A stretch of 64,000 bases of DNA from Lingula anatina. Its lineage: Eukaryota; Animalia; Brachiopoda. How positions within the stretch are numbered: position 1 is the stretch's first letter; each line of letters begins with the position of its first letter. The translations under genes and the position numbers were made by a program. Where the stretch lies: contig CM120649.1 in assembly GCA_051362555.1 (NCBI GenBank), forward strand, positions 14,880,001 through 14,944,000. Reading direction: 5' to 3'. This document shows positions 1-13,118 of this stretch, in pieces. The notes under the pieces are model-generated. The model was given only the letters and a program-made list of their open reading frames with translations, did no database searches and was not told the DNA's origin.

Positions 1-582
1 TTACTGCACTCTGGCAGTATTTCCAAAGTTAATCTAATCACAGAAGTTGCTGCTTATTTCAATACTTTCTTTTGGAGTTCGGCGGCCTTTGTGGCATTCA
101 CGTCACGTTTACACAAGGCACAATGGACACGAGTTGTGTCTACATTGTGGTAGGCGGCGTCCAGTTCGCATGTTAACCTAGGTATCTTTATCAATGCGGC
201 GCAGAGATGGGAAATTAGGTAAAGCACACAGCGAGGATCCCAGTGGGAAATGTAATTATCTAAATCAAACTCACCACAAGGTGAGAATCGTGTTAGAAAA
301 ACACATCAATTAAGTAAACTGGGATTGAAAAAATAAACTCAGGTGTATTGGTTTTGTGGCTGTGGGATCCTCTGGGTCGTGTAATTGTTCTTGTTTAACC
401 TTCTACATCAGGTTAGATGATGGTGTAATAATTATTTTTTGCTCTGAAATTTGCCTCTGATATGTCTGAGAGAGAAAAATAGTTTAATCGAAGCTGTAAC
501 AGAAAACGTTTCATAATTGAGCAGGCGAATCGTTGGACGGGAATCATCGACTTAAATTAACTTTACTTGCAATCGAGTTTTC

Positions 583-641
<59 letters not shown>
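583..641. repeat. (TTA)n microsatellite in the homeobox gene intron
   Basis: About 20 uninterrupted TTA units; source of the spurious poly-L and poly-N ORFs. Confidence 0.95.
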
Positions 642-643
<2 letters not shown>

Positions 644-959
644 TTGCTTCAAGATAATTCTAAAATGGACAGTCCTGACACAACCAAAACAGCGCACACA
701 TACAGATAAGGCATTTTGTTGGGTGTACCTGATTGCATTTGCTGAGCTAAAACATTGCTTAGCGAAGAAAACGCAATCAGTCACATACGCAGTGGAGCAA
801 CTATCGCAATTTTTTCACATCACCAACGTTTTTCCACGTTTGCTCTGTTATTTCGATTTTACACCAACCTAACAGAAAGCTGGCACTTCGTTTCCCCTAA
901 AACATAACGAGTGTTCTTATATACAGGATTTTATTTCACCTTTCGTTTATCTCTTCCAG

Positions 960-1559
960 GTATGGTTTCAAAACAGAAGAGCAAAATGGCGGAAGAAGGA
1001 GAAGGTTGGGCCACAGTCTCATCCTTATCACCCATTCAACGCTGCCCTCAACGTTGCGGCTGCGTCAAGACTACATCACTCCCAGCATCAGGCGTACAAC
1101 GACTTGCTGTTAAAGTCGTATGAAAACCATATAGGAGGAGGAGGAGGAGGAAGATTCCCTTTGTCGCCATTGGCCGCTCTGAGCCCTGCCGCCATGGCAA
1201 CTGCAGCGCGTGTGCAGTCGCAGACACTGAACCCGCCGATAGGTGGTGTTGCTGGGATAGGGATGCGGCCTTTCTTGCCTCTTCCGTTAAATTTCATCTA
1301 CCCTCCGCCGGGTTCATTTCAGCATTTACTAGCTAGCATGACTGCGAATGCTGCTGGAAAACCACAGACTGCTGCAACTGAAAGACAGACGCCACCACTG
1401 TCGCCGCCAGTTTCTAAAACACCATCGGAAGTTTCAACATCTCCTGTGGATCCTGACAGGCGCTCAACTAGCATTGCTGCGCTCAGACAAAAGGCGCGGC
1501 AGCACGAAATCCAGTTAGATATAGCGAGAAGAATAAAAAACGGGATGGTATCTGTATAA
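960..1559 (+). CDS. al: Terminal exon of an aristaless/Arx-like paired-class homeobox transcription factor (homeodomain helix 3 plus OAR motif)
   Basis: Acceptor ctcttccag|G at 959/960, then VWFQNRRAKWRKKEKVGPQSHPY, which closely matches Drosophila Aristaless (WRKQEKVGPQSHPY). Also SFQHLLASMTA and a C-terminal OAR motif DRRSTSIAALRQKARQHE, with TAA at 1557-1559. In frame with ORF 1104..1559. An intron just before VWFQN is typical of paired-class genes. Confidence 0.92.
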   Translation, partial: VWFQNRRAKWRKKEKVGPQSHPYHPFNAALNVAAASRLHHSQHQAYNDLLLKSYENHIGGGGGGRFPLSPLAALSPAAMATAARVQSQTLNPPIGGVAGIGMRPFLPLPLNFIYPPPGSFQHLLASMTANAAGKPQTAATERQTPPLSPPVSKTPSEVSTSPVDPDRRSTSIAALRQKARQHEIQLDIARRIKNGMVSV

Positions 1560-2737
1560 CAAAAAAGACAAAGACTCATCAGACTGCATCTAAGTCTCTA
1601 AATTTGTGAATCGTTACGATGGGTTTTTTGACAAGAGTTTTGCCATCTTCGCATTTAGCTTACGTCACTTTTATTTCGATATGGATGTCTCAAAAATGCC
1701 AAAATTACCTCGGTTAAGGGTTTGAAAATGGTAATTTAAAGACTGATAAAGATGTAAGGTTAGGTTAGACACATAAAAGATGCGTGCGTAAGATTATAGT
1801 AGGCCCTACGTGTATTTACTCTACTTGTTTTAATATAAGAGCTAACCAAATGTAGGCTACTTATGTTAGACGAAGACATACCAATGGACGAAACGTTTGG
1901 GGAAAAAATACAATAACGGGTGTATATAATGATGTGTAGTTTGACTGATATCGCATTGACATAATGATACTTCTTTCCAGCTTAGGCTTATATTGTGCAT
2001 TTTCTGTCCAGGAACTCATTCATATCGTCTCAAATGTAGCTCATTAACGACAAAAATAATAAGTTTAACTTAAAGTCTGACGAAATCAGTTTGTGCAGTG
2101 CTAAACACCGATTTTTGCACAGACATGCATGTTTTTTAAAGTAACAATAAAGTAATATAATGACGGGACGAAAAAGGAACATTATATGGTGAATGCCTCG
2201 GATATCCACGAGCTTCAGGTGAAACATGCCTACTTCTTCATTTTCAAATCTCCTTATCGATAAGATTTCTATCAATAACCAAAGTTGGAAGAGGTGCGCT
2301 TGAAGAAGCTTGTCCACGTCGTCTCTGAAAATCAGGCGCCTTGTACAAAACATTTATTTATATATAACAATACACAAGGTGGTATGATTGTGATAATAGT
2401 CAAGAGCATTGGAATAAGTATATTCGATAGGATGGTCTGCTAAATAAAAGGCGTACATGTAGAAAAATACAGTGTAATTAAAATAAACAAAAGTTAACAA
2501 AAATTCACTGTAGGTGGCCATTAGACAGTTAAGTTTTTTTTTTTTTTTTTTTTTTTTGTGGGAGGGAGTTCAAGATGCAGTGTTTGGGGCAGGGTAGAGG
2601 GGACGTATCTGGGGTATTGGCGTAATATTGCACACACGCATGTTTCTATATGTGCATGACGTTCGATAGTGATCTCCCAGGGTATAGTTCTTCCGTATGG
2701 AAGATGTAGGAGAGAGAGAGCAAGAGAGAGAGAGAGC

Positions 2738-2768
<31 letters not shown>

Positions 2769-3354
2769 AGAGAGAGCGAGCGAGAGAGCTGTGTGTCTTT
2801 GTGACTGAGACGGAGAGTAAGATTATGCAGATGCATGTGTGTGTGTGTGTGTGTGCGTCTCCGTGCGTGTACGTGTGTGTGGGTGAGAGATCATTAAGAC
2901 AAGGCTTGGAAAGTTTAAGTAGGACGCTGGTCACAGGATTGTCATTCACGAATCTTCCGTGTAAATCAGCCATTTGTATTATTAATGTGGTAAAGGGGAC
3001 AGGTTTAAAGAATTAGTAAGTTCTGTCTTCTTCCCTAGTGCTTGACTCGGCTTAAATATATGATATTTGCGTGGACAATCGTGACACGATATGAATAAAG
3101 TTGAAAAGAAAATACTTTGGTCTAAAGCTTTAATGAACACTGACTGTAAGATATCATTGTATATAAAGTTGTTATCGTTGATTTCGTTATGGTTATCTGT
3201 TGTATAATATTTATATGTACTAGTATAGAATAAACATGAGTGACGTTTTAAGTTTGAGCTTCTGGGTTATGACGCGTGTGAGCAAAAATCCGTCTGTTGA
3301 TATATATATATATATATATTAAAAGTAAAAACGTTTTTCCTGTACGAGTAATAT

Positions 3355-3438
3355 TATATATAATAAAAAGAAAAAAAGAACAGCAACTTTTTTTGCCCCT
3401 AAAAAGTTGCTGTTCTTTTTTTCTTTTTATTATATATA
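3355..3438. repeat. Near-perfect hairpin (about 38-bp arms) within TA repeats
   Basis: TATATAATAAAAAGAAAAAAAGAACAGCAACTTTTT-loop-AAAAAGTTGCTGTTCTTTTTTTCTTTTTATTATATA. Confidence 0.85.
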
Positions 3439-3593
3439 TATATAATATATATATAATAAAAAATATATATATATGAATAGTCTAATGATCTATATAAAAA
3501 AAGCACAAAGATACGAGTAATATTGCGCATTTACACCTCCCAAGGTTAAGCATGTCACGTGTACACACGTTCACGCACGCAAGCACAGAATCA

Positions 3594-3595
<2 letters not shown>

Positions 3596-3678
<83 letters not shown>
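3596..3678. repeat. Compound (CA)n(GA)n microsatellite
   Basis: Read directly. Similar GA/CA/CT tracts lie near 2711-2855, 3903, 11264, 11403, 12098, 17542, 19483 and 23814; a (TA)n tract lies at 31697-31754. Confidence 0.9.
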
Positions 3679-3679
<1 letters not shown>

Positions 3680-3900
3680 CCGCATAATGATTCAGGTAAA
3701 GATTAAAATCAAAGAATTGCGGTAAGCACCTCCAAGGGGGCGGGGCATCTCTACCGCATTGTGAGGTCGTCTACCTTATAAATCTTCTCTGTCGCATTTC
3801 CACACTGTGTCACAGTCCACTGTGTTGATAATTTCAAAATAACACCAAAATAATGCTGCATTCATATTTAGCTTGATGGACCAGGTCTCTAAGAGCACAT

Positions 3901-3940
<40 letters not shown>

Positions 3941-4514
3941 GTACGAAATACACTGTGCTATGAACGAAACTGAAAAAAATCATGTAACTGCATATCGAAG
4001 TGTATCATTATTGTAAAAACCAATTGTTTCAAATAGTTAACATTTTTATTATATTCATCCATATACTGATATCAAATTATTTATGAATCAGGTTGATCAC
4101 AGACATTCATTATATCGCTAAATGATATCCATTGCAACAAGATGCCATTAATGAATAACTTTATATGCAGTCCGATGAAGGCTTCTTCGTATTTTTGTTA
4201 TAACGTTTATAACAACAGCATTAAATAAAAAATGTACATTTGTGATATACTTAAAGTGCCAGCTTTGTCTTTTCGACTGTGATTAAGACATAAATTCTCT
4301 AAAATTCTCTTAAGGTAACATAAGTCAGAACAACATCCTCTGTCACAATATACGAAGACTCAAAGTGGTAAATTACGTTATCAATAACCCTGAAAGGGTT
4401 CTCTAAATTCGACAAAGCTTCAAATTTTTTGAAGCAATATTCCAATGTGATAGATGACACCTCACAATTTGTTCACACAGTGGCACTTGTACTGAGTCCT
4501 CCTACGTGTTCTTA

Positions 4515-5954
4515 TTATTCCTTTAAAGCTTCCAATAACGTCTTATGGATGAGGTAGGAGTACTCCACCGCGTGCTGCGTGGTGGCCACGTTTGTACAAT
4601 AGTTTAAATGCCAACGTAGCTGTCCCCTGAATGTGATCACGTTATGGAGGAACACCGGCCCCTCACGGTGCATCCCGGTGGCCGTGAGGACGTCCTCGAG
4701 CTCGATCTCGGAATACGAAGTCCCCTTGAGGACTCTGTCCAAGTTGCCAAGATTTGAGAGGGTGAAATACGCCCCGTTGCGCCCACCCACTTTCTGGCTG
4801 TCTTCCACCCTCGATATGTACATGTCTCGGTTCCAGATTTTCCTGAAAACACGCAGGAATTTCGTGTACTCCTTCGATGCCAACCCGCCACGGATTGCTT
4901 GCGTGTATTTCTTTGAAAGTTCCCAGAATTTCTGTATGGAGGTCCCCTTTGGGATCCTCAGTTTGGTATCAACCGCTAACACTAAGTTGCCAAGGTGATG
5001 GGGCTCCACAGGGGGTTTACAAAAGTAGCGAATGTTCACTGGATGCAATGAGGGTATAACAAGGGGTGCTCCACCTCCCGGTTGGATAATTTTTGACAAC
5101 GCAAGATTAGCCGCGGTGGTCAAGGCACCGTGGACTGAGGTCTTTTCCTTCTTGCATCTAGCTATCAGTTTCTCAGTTTCCAGTTTTGAAAGTTCAAAAG
5201 GTATAACTTTGGTCATGATTGCAACATTTGGATCTTTCGTGATGGGCGGCGGGTATTTGTTGAGGTACTGGTTTTTGCCGGGGAAGAAGCTCTCGTAGGC
5301 TATCCTGAAGATATTGAAGAAATCTAGACACCGGAAGGTGATGTCCGGCCTGGGTAGGAGATCCTCCATCGGCGGGAGGAGAGGTAGAGATTTCACGGGG
5401 TGTTCCGTGGCCATGGAACCTTGATGGGAATCGAGAATTTCGGCGAATTCTTCAAACAGGGACGCGGCCGAGATGCCGTCGGATATGGCATGGTGAAAGG
5501 CGAAGAGAATCGTCTGCTTAAATGGCATGTCGCTCTTTAGAGCGCCGTTGGAGAGATTGCATTTTGCTTCTTCATTTGTGTGTGGCATTGTTAGGAGTTT
5601 TACTCTCCAAAGCGGCCCGTTCTCAGAGTCAAATTGCGTCGTTAACATTTTCTCATACATTCCTTCCCAGTCGTCACTTTCAACCATTTGGAAATCGACA
5701 ACCAACTTGTCCATTTCTTCAAAGTACCTATTTCCGTTGTCTCCAACGACAATCCGTGATCTCAAAAATGGGTGCCGATTCTGCAGTTTTCTTAAAACCT
5801 GATGGAGCACCGCCTCCGTGAGTTTGCTCTTCGAGCGAAGAAACATTGCACATAGGAAGATGTAATTACCAAAAGAGTGGTGCGCGTCGAAGATCTGTTC
5901 GAACGCTCCCAGCGGCCGCCTGGCAAATGGCTGGGCTGTGATGACGTCAGACAT
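4515..5954 (-). CDS. CoA-dependent acyltransferase, condensation-domain / alcohol acetyltransferase (AATase, PapA5-like) family, 479 aa, single coding exon
   Basis: N-terminal RRPLGAFEQ, LQNRHPFLRSRI, FDSENGPLWRV, catalytic FHHAISDG (HHxxxDG) and C-terminal SNLG. A splice acceptor (ttcctttcag) lies 36 nt upstream of the ATG with an in-frame TGA between them, supporting this ATG as the start. Confidence 0.88.
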   Translation of the reverse strand: MSDVITAQPFARRPLGAFEQIFDAHHSFGNYIFLCAMFLRSKSKLTEAVLHQVLRKLQNRHPFLRSRIVVGDNGNRYFEEMDKLVVDFQMVESDDWEGMYEKMLTTQFDSENGPLWRVKLLTMPHTNEEAKCNLSNGALKSDMPFKQTILFAFHHAISDGISAASLFEEFAEILDSHQGSMATEHPVKSLPLLPPMEDLLPRPDITFRCLDFFNIFRIAYESFFPGKNQYLNKYPPPITKDPNVAIMTKVIPFELSKLETEKLIARCKKEKTSVHGALTTAANLALSKIIQPGGGAPLVIPSLHPVNIRYFCKPPVEPHHLGNLVLAVDTKLRIPKGTSIQKFWELSKKYTQAIRGGLASKEYTKFLRVFRKIWNRDMYISRVEDSQKVGGRNGAYFTLSNLGNLDRVLKGTSYSEIELEDVLTATGMHREGPVFLHNVITFRGQLRWHLNYCTNVATTQHAVEYSYLIHKTLLEALKE

Positions 5955-8900
5955 CGTGCGTTTGCTGCTGTGACGTCAGCTTGGGTGCTTCTGAAAGGAA
6001 ATTGGAAAGGAATTAGATTTAACAGCGTCTATAATTGGCAATAAGCTTCACACATCTTAATCAAAACAACCAAGCAACTCGAAATCGCCAAGCTGTGCCT
6101 TGTTGTTGCTTTAGTAAACGGCATCTGTAAAGAAAATCAAATTTTTCTCCTTTTAACACATGCAAAGTGTTAAATATGCAGCTGCTTCTGTCAGTAGGAA
6201 CAAACAAGGAGCTTTTAAAATACATAGAATCTTGGAACAGAAATACAATAAGATCTAAAAATATCTTGGCTGCGTAAATCTTTCCTCATGTTTGGACGCA
6301 GACAGCAATCAGTTGTTGACCTATGGCATAGCTAAAAGTACCCTTACTGAGAACAAGCAACTGCCAACAAATAAACACTGGTGATTGTATATTGATAGAA
6401 CCGACACAGTTCAATCCGGGTAGAGCACCGGTAAAAATGGAACCAACCGCCATTTCTCAACGTCATCTACGATATTATATGAAATAATTCTTTTCCTAAT
6501 GCTTTGATCATGCTCAATATATATCATACCAAATGATGTTATCTGTTCTGCAACCAACTTCGTTAACCTACCTCCGTGCCGACGACTTCTTAAAAAAAAT
6601 TCAGAATGTACTTTATATCACATATTTCCTCTTTACTCACAAAGTTTCTCGTCGTCATCAGTCACCGATTGTCCGGTCACTTTGTCAACCGAACAACTAC
6701 ATGACGGACAAGTCCAATTTGCTGGTCAGGTAAACGTCAACGTCAAGGCCAAACACAACATTAAAAGATGAAGTTTGCGTTCCACACTCTCCTTTTGTCC
6801 GGGGGCACCTTCGTTTCACCAGACATTAATATCAAGCGGGTTTGGTTTCATTATTTAAATATTTGCCCCGTTTAAGGGCTAATCGCATTTGAAGTACAAC
6901 TGACAAGGGGTATTTTATACGTGACTGAGAGGCAAGTGTACGCAATGACTGCAATAAAGAGGTCCTCGGGAGACGATAGGCGGAGACACTGTAAAACCCC
7001 GTAACATAAAGTACGCATGGTACAAGATCGTTGCCACCTTGAAGCGAGACGTAGTTTGGTGACGCTTTCACATGTTCCCTCCGATTTTTCCCAATCTAAA
7101 AATGTTTGACTGATTTTTTTTATTCAAAATGATATGTCAACACTACCGGCCATGTCTGAGGCACCTCGAGAAAGGTTTGCTTGTACTCCTTCTATACCAT
7201 CTATACGCAAGGTTCCAGCGTAGCGGATTGCTTGTTTGATTCAACGTAACAGTCATTCTAAGTAGAACGAGTGTAGAAAGGTGACGCGCACGAAGCGTGG
7301 ACATGGACCTTCCAGACCCTCTTATAATGTAATAAGACCAAGAATCCTGAACCCAGAGGAGTAACTGACTAGTCGATCCGGGTAAGGCATCGCGGGGTTA
7401 TTTGAAACAAATTTGAAAAAAAAAAGGGTTTTAATGATATTGCAAACTTGTCAACTCGTTTCAATTTGCACATTGAATCAGACAATAGTTTGTGGAAATC
7501 GCGTCAAAATTACAATAGAATTATGACCGGGTCGCATAATTCAGAAGATGTGTACAAACCTCTTGAAGAAACGCTGAACTAGAGTTCAATTCCAGTAACT
7601 TACAATGGCGAAGAGACGTTACACAGATATCTACAAAGGGGCATTTTTCTCCGGCATTTCATATACTCTGTGACGAAGTGTCAACCTAGGCTCAGACGCA
7701 TAAAAACTCAGACTTTCACAACAACTTCTCATAAATAATGTTCATGTATATCTGCATTGTTAATGTGCGTTGAAAGGGATTTCGGATTAGATAAACTTGT
7801 GTGCGCGCGCGCTAGTGCTTGTGTGTGTTTTGTATATATGTGTGTGACCATAGGGGCCTGCTTGGGGGGGGCGGTTAACGATTTACACCCAATGGCTTCT
7901 CACAAACTCATGGCCCCAAAAACAGAAACGTAACAGCAAAAGCTGCCAGGCATCTGGATGGCAGGACTCTGGAAGAGTTCGCTGGATGAAAAACAGCCAT
8001 CTGCATCGTTTTCACCACCGATCAGAAGAGTGGTGGTTTCATGTACCTGCTGATTCGGTTGCAGCGTGTTTTGTGTGTTTGATGCCAAGTAACTGCATGC
8101 AAAAAAGTGCATGCCACTGTAAATAGTGAAAAAAGCTTGCGGAGAGTACTGGGGCTACTGAAAATATTGTAGTTTTCACTAAACTCTGCCTTGCTTATTT
8201 TTTTTGTATACAAATCCCTTATATAGACAAGTACCATGACAGAGAAAAAAATGGACTGAAAAAAAGAAAAAAAAATGAATGAAAGAGAGACCAAAAAGAT
8301 GAAAAAAATAAATTGGAGCATTCTTTTTGAAATTTCATTTGAAATATTCCAAATTAAGCTGCATTATAATAACATACAAGAAGCTATTGGTTCATTCAAA
8401 AAATATCATGAAAAAAAGCCTTTTACTTGAAGCAGTTTAAATAACCTAAGTGTACTTTTTTCAACACTGTGACGCATTTCTTGGCCCTCTCAAGTACTCG
8501 GGTTCACTTGGTTTACTGAAGCAAAACAAGCTTCAGCGTCACCCACACGGCATGTAGTGTATTAAGGAATTCCAGGCACACAATTTCGGAGCCGGTATCG
8601 TAAGACCAAATAGGAAAAGCTTAATTTCATGAAACGTTGCAGGATATGCCCCAGATTCACAAGAGAGAAACTCGTTGGAAAACTGCAAAATATCAGGATT
8701 TTAAGAGAGATCAGTTATCCTAAACACGAACAAATACAGTAAATAAAAGATATTGTAAAATCAGAAGTGAATATTAGACTGCATTGGAGGACACGACTAT
8801 AGATAGTACAGGTAGATAGTCTTCTGTGGGTGATCATGAATGCACCTGATAACCGCTAATAGTGATGGGTTTGTTTACAATAAAACTTTTTCTTAATTCA

Positions 8901-11261
8901 AAAATGCACTCAAGGTGCTCTAAATATAGGATACATGTAGCAACCTCTTTCTGCGACAACCGCCATCCATCAATATATAATTCCATAATATCCTCACAGA
9001 AGTTTTGAATTAAGGGATGAAAAAACGCCCCCTTCTTTTCATGGTTATTATACCAAATATAAGAATTCTCCGCCTTTACCGTTATAATTCTCACACATAC
9101 ACACACACGCACTTGACAACCCTGGGTTAGACCACGCCCATGTCTTTATTATAACGACCTAACTTTTGCAAAGTGCACTCGTCATGTCCCCTAGATAATG
9201 CCCACATACACACCCCTTTACAGAAATAAAAATTATTTCATTCTTAATATAAACATGCACTCGGTCAACTTTCTAATTAGGATTTGGAGACGCTCCTGTA
9301 TAATTATAAATGTGCACTTATTTGGTGTAATAAGGACCGCCCTCTCACCTGATTAATATTTAATACTCTGTTAAACTAAAAAAAGACTTTCTCGACTTAA
9401 TTTATCTTAATAATCATATTTTTAAAGACACATCACGTCAGACACACCTTATCAAACCTTAAAATCATAAAGACCTTTTTTTCATATTTAGCATCGGTGC
9501 ACTTGGCCAAGCTCCAATTTTTAACAGAAAAGACAGTGCCTTGTCTATATATAAAATTAAGTCATAGAACATGCAAATGCAGCTTCGCAAAATACGCACG
9601 AGCACACGCGCCCACGTGTGCGCAATCTTTCATTTGTTATTACAGTATTTGTATTACAGTTTCAAAACACAAACAGAACGGATTTTAAACCTCACATGAC
9701 CTGATCATTACACACTGAAATTGGCGACGGGGTCACTCGGTGCATATGCAAATTACTCATCGTGACAGACATATGTAAATATAGTCCCAGTTCCAATAAC
9801 TGACATGTGCCAGATCTCAAATTGGTAATCAAGCTCCAGTTAACACATGCGCTGTGTATAACGGAGCCAAGATAAAACTTTAAAGAAGACGGGAACGAGG
9901 GGAGTGGGTACACTTAAGCCGATGTGTAAAAATACGCGTGTGTGCATGTCCGTGCCAACACGCTAGTGTTCCACTGTATTCGTATGTGTTTTCAGCTGAT
10001 GTTTGTGTGTTGTATATTTGAGGAGAAGTCCCCCAAAACCGACTCTCCGCGATATATTCTTCAACTACAACGAATACCCCGCCCCCACCGTAATGTAAAA
10101 ATATTAACACCAAAAACGTCAGGCTGTATGTCCAATATGTAGCAGTAATTTACTTCACTAAATGATTTTAATATAAGTGTTTTGTTGTGTTTACTTAAAA
10201 GTAAATATAACTGTTCACCCGGGTGAATATTCTCTAATGTTTTCTGCAACTTCAAATAGCAAATTCCACATTTTAAAATATTGTTTTAACATGTGAAAAT
10301 ATGTTCCCTTTAATTCAATAAAACAGCCTACATTTTGTTTGCACTTAATCCATTATGGTGGGCATAAAAACGATAGAAAAGCCATGTTTTTCATGTGAGA
10401 AGCACTATGCTAGTCGCAGTTTTGTGGGAAACCTTCTTTTTTTTTTTTCATTGTAACATATGGTAACGAAGTTGAATTGGAAAGCCAGAAATTCAATATG
10501 CAATATGGAGAACGCATTTGGATATACATGTAGTAGTGCATATATTTGACTCATATTGATGTCTTTTCTTATACTGATTTACTATTATACACAACCAGTG
10601 TGTAACCAGATGTACCTGGCACAAACGTTACAAAATTTGTATTATTAAATTCATATGTTTATTATGCTCTTTGATAATAACATTTTCCGGGTGGGGTCTA
10701 CACCCGACTTGTTTACGGCACGACGAGAGTATGGGAGAGGCTGCTTTTGTAAAGAGCATGTTAGTACTTAGCATTTGAAGAGTTAAAGAAACAGACTAAA
10801 CCTGACAGGCAAAGCAGCTCTTGACTCCCCGAATTGCCGAAAATAAATGGAATGTTATTGTTGTCAATTTCACCTATCAGTTGTGATTATTTATATCCCG
10901 TTGAAGTGCACTTAACTGAGAGCGAGCCTGAAAGTGTTTTGAGAGGGGGTTTGATGTTGGTTTTAGTTATCAGTGTTTTGGCTTATGTGCAACTCGAGAA
11001 TGTCTTCATAATTTGCTAAAACTGACTGACATTTCCATAATGAATAGATGACAAGACCACATTCTGAATATACCCTTCGCCCGAGGCCAAGTTCTTTATG
11101 TAAGAACAATGCTTTAGTGGCATGAATTTAGGTTTCCTGTGTAAAATGATTTCAACGTCAACACTGAACAAAGTTGTTATTGGCAACACGCATGGTAAGC
11201 CTGTTTATCTGAACCGAGCAGCAAAGCCTAACCCCTAACCCGTAATATCTCACGGAACGGC

Positions 11262-11295
<34 letters not shown>

Positions 11296-11397
11296 CCTCA
11301 GAAACAGTTATTTGCTTTTAAAACCGTATAGAATGTAGACCCGTGGGATTTAACCAGTAAGTTTTTGTTCTTAGACTGCACGTTTAAGTGCTCCCTT

Positions 11398-11446
<49 letters not shown>

Positions 11447-12094
11447 ACGACCTACTTAAGTCACGGCTGAACTCACCCGCGGCACTGTTAACCCCGCTCA
11501 CGCCCCAGTAAGCCACGCTCTAAACAACCCCGGTCTTAGTTGAAATGGCTAAAATAAATGAACACAATAAACGCATACCTGTGGGCCCCTCCCTTTCTGA
11601 TCTCCGATAAAAGAGTCACGACTCTCTGCGGGGTTACGGAAGGGCTAAATGAAGTTTTTAATGTGCTTTTGCCTCCTAAATGAGTCTGGTAAACTTTACT
11701 AACTTCAATGGTCAATGAACTTTAAGAGAAAAAAAAGGAAAAAAAGAGAACGCCCAGTTTAAAATGCCTAAGTTAAAAAAAAAGGTTTTTCCAGCGCGTG
11801 CATTCCGCTTTCTTTAGCCATTAAATAATAACATTTTCAAAATAAATCCTAGGATAACTTCAATATCTTCGTTGCCATGGTTTTTATTAACTTATTAATC
11901 CACCACTTGTTATAGAACAGAATTGCCCTGTTTTTCTCTCATATGATACTAATATCTAGTAGACTTAATCGTCCTATGCAATCTCATTATTATTTTTTTT
12001 TACTTTCGCTATCTATCGTTATATCTTAGATAGATCAGGAACGCCCTTTACTGGTCAACTTAACATGTCGCAACACGGGGCATACGGCACGGTC

Positions 12095-12135
<41 letters not shown>

Positions 12136-13118
12136 CACAGATAATATCGTGTCAGAGATGATAAAAAGAGGAATATCAGATTGAATAATTACCACAGAGG
12201 TTGCTTGTAATAACATGTAACACAATACCTTATCTTTCTTTACCCTGATACCTCATCAACTAATTACGCAATTTAAGTGTTAAGACAATTAATTTTGCAA
12301 TAGATAATGGTATTTATTAACTATTTCAAACAGCAAAAAGGAAAAAAATGTTCCTTTGCAATGAAATGGTTTCCAGACGCTCCGATGAAAGAAATACGAA
12401 AACAATTTGTGTTGCTGCCAAAATTACATGTAAGCATGCAACATGTCTGGTAAGACACGAAAAAAAAAACAAAAAAAAAACAATTATGTTACAATTTCCA
12501 ACCGTATCAATCACAGAACATTCTATGCATTCAATTTTCTGCAAAATCCACCCACATATGAGGGTTTCTTTTAGATAATTCAAAAAAGTAACTTAATTCG
12601 AGAAAAAAAGGAAAGTACACATCCAATCATCGCGTTGGGAAGTTTGAATAGTTCATAGTTTCAACCATGAGCAAATGAAGTTTAGGCAAAGAGAAGCATT
12701 ACTTCTTTGAACCGACTTTTTTGGACCACACTGCGGGTACGTGCATTTTAACATCTATGTCTTCAAGATTGTTTAAATCCATTATAATGCAACCATGCCC
12801 TATGGCGCGCGTCCCCCTGCGTTTGTCAAAGTTTCACGCGTCAAAAATGTCCAGCTTGCGTCAAACTTGCCAAAATACAAGACACCATTGTAGCTGTAAG
12901 TGAAAGGAGAAGCAGCGTGCTTTGGGGGCGAAAGTGGCCCGAACAAATGTGACTTAGCCGGTGTGAAACTGAGAACCCTGCTTTCTCTTTCCAAATCAAA
13001 TGCAGAATATACCTACAAAGCGGTGAGAGAGTGTCTTATAGCGATGTCACTGTCAAAATCGGAAAGACTGCACGGTAAAAACTGCTGAAAACGGTGGCAA
13101 GTCGAAGAAAAAACTTAC

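Noticed and set aside
563-872. Poly-N and poly-L ORFs
   Set aside because: Translations of the intronic (TTA)n microsatellite.
911-1579. ORFs 911..1123, 1088..1297 and 1319..1579
   Set aside because: Alternative-frame or antisense shadows of the homeobox exon.
2521-3685. ORFs rich in SL, RE, CV and HT dipeptides
   Set aside because: Products of GA/CA microsatellites in UTR or intergenic DNA.
4515-5954. NRPS gene cluster or bacterial contamination
   Set aside because: No adenylation, PCP or TE domains nearby; the gene has a spliced 5' UTR and sits among animal genes and repeats.
11227-11241. Telomere-like CCTAACCCCTAACCC
   Set aside because: Only about two imperfect units; not an interstitial telomeric array.
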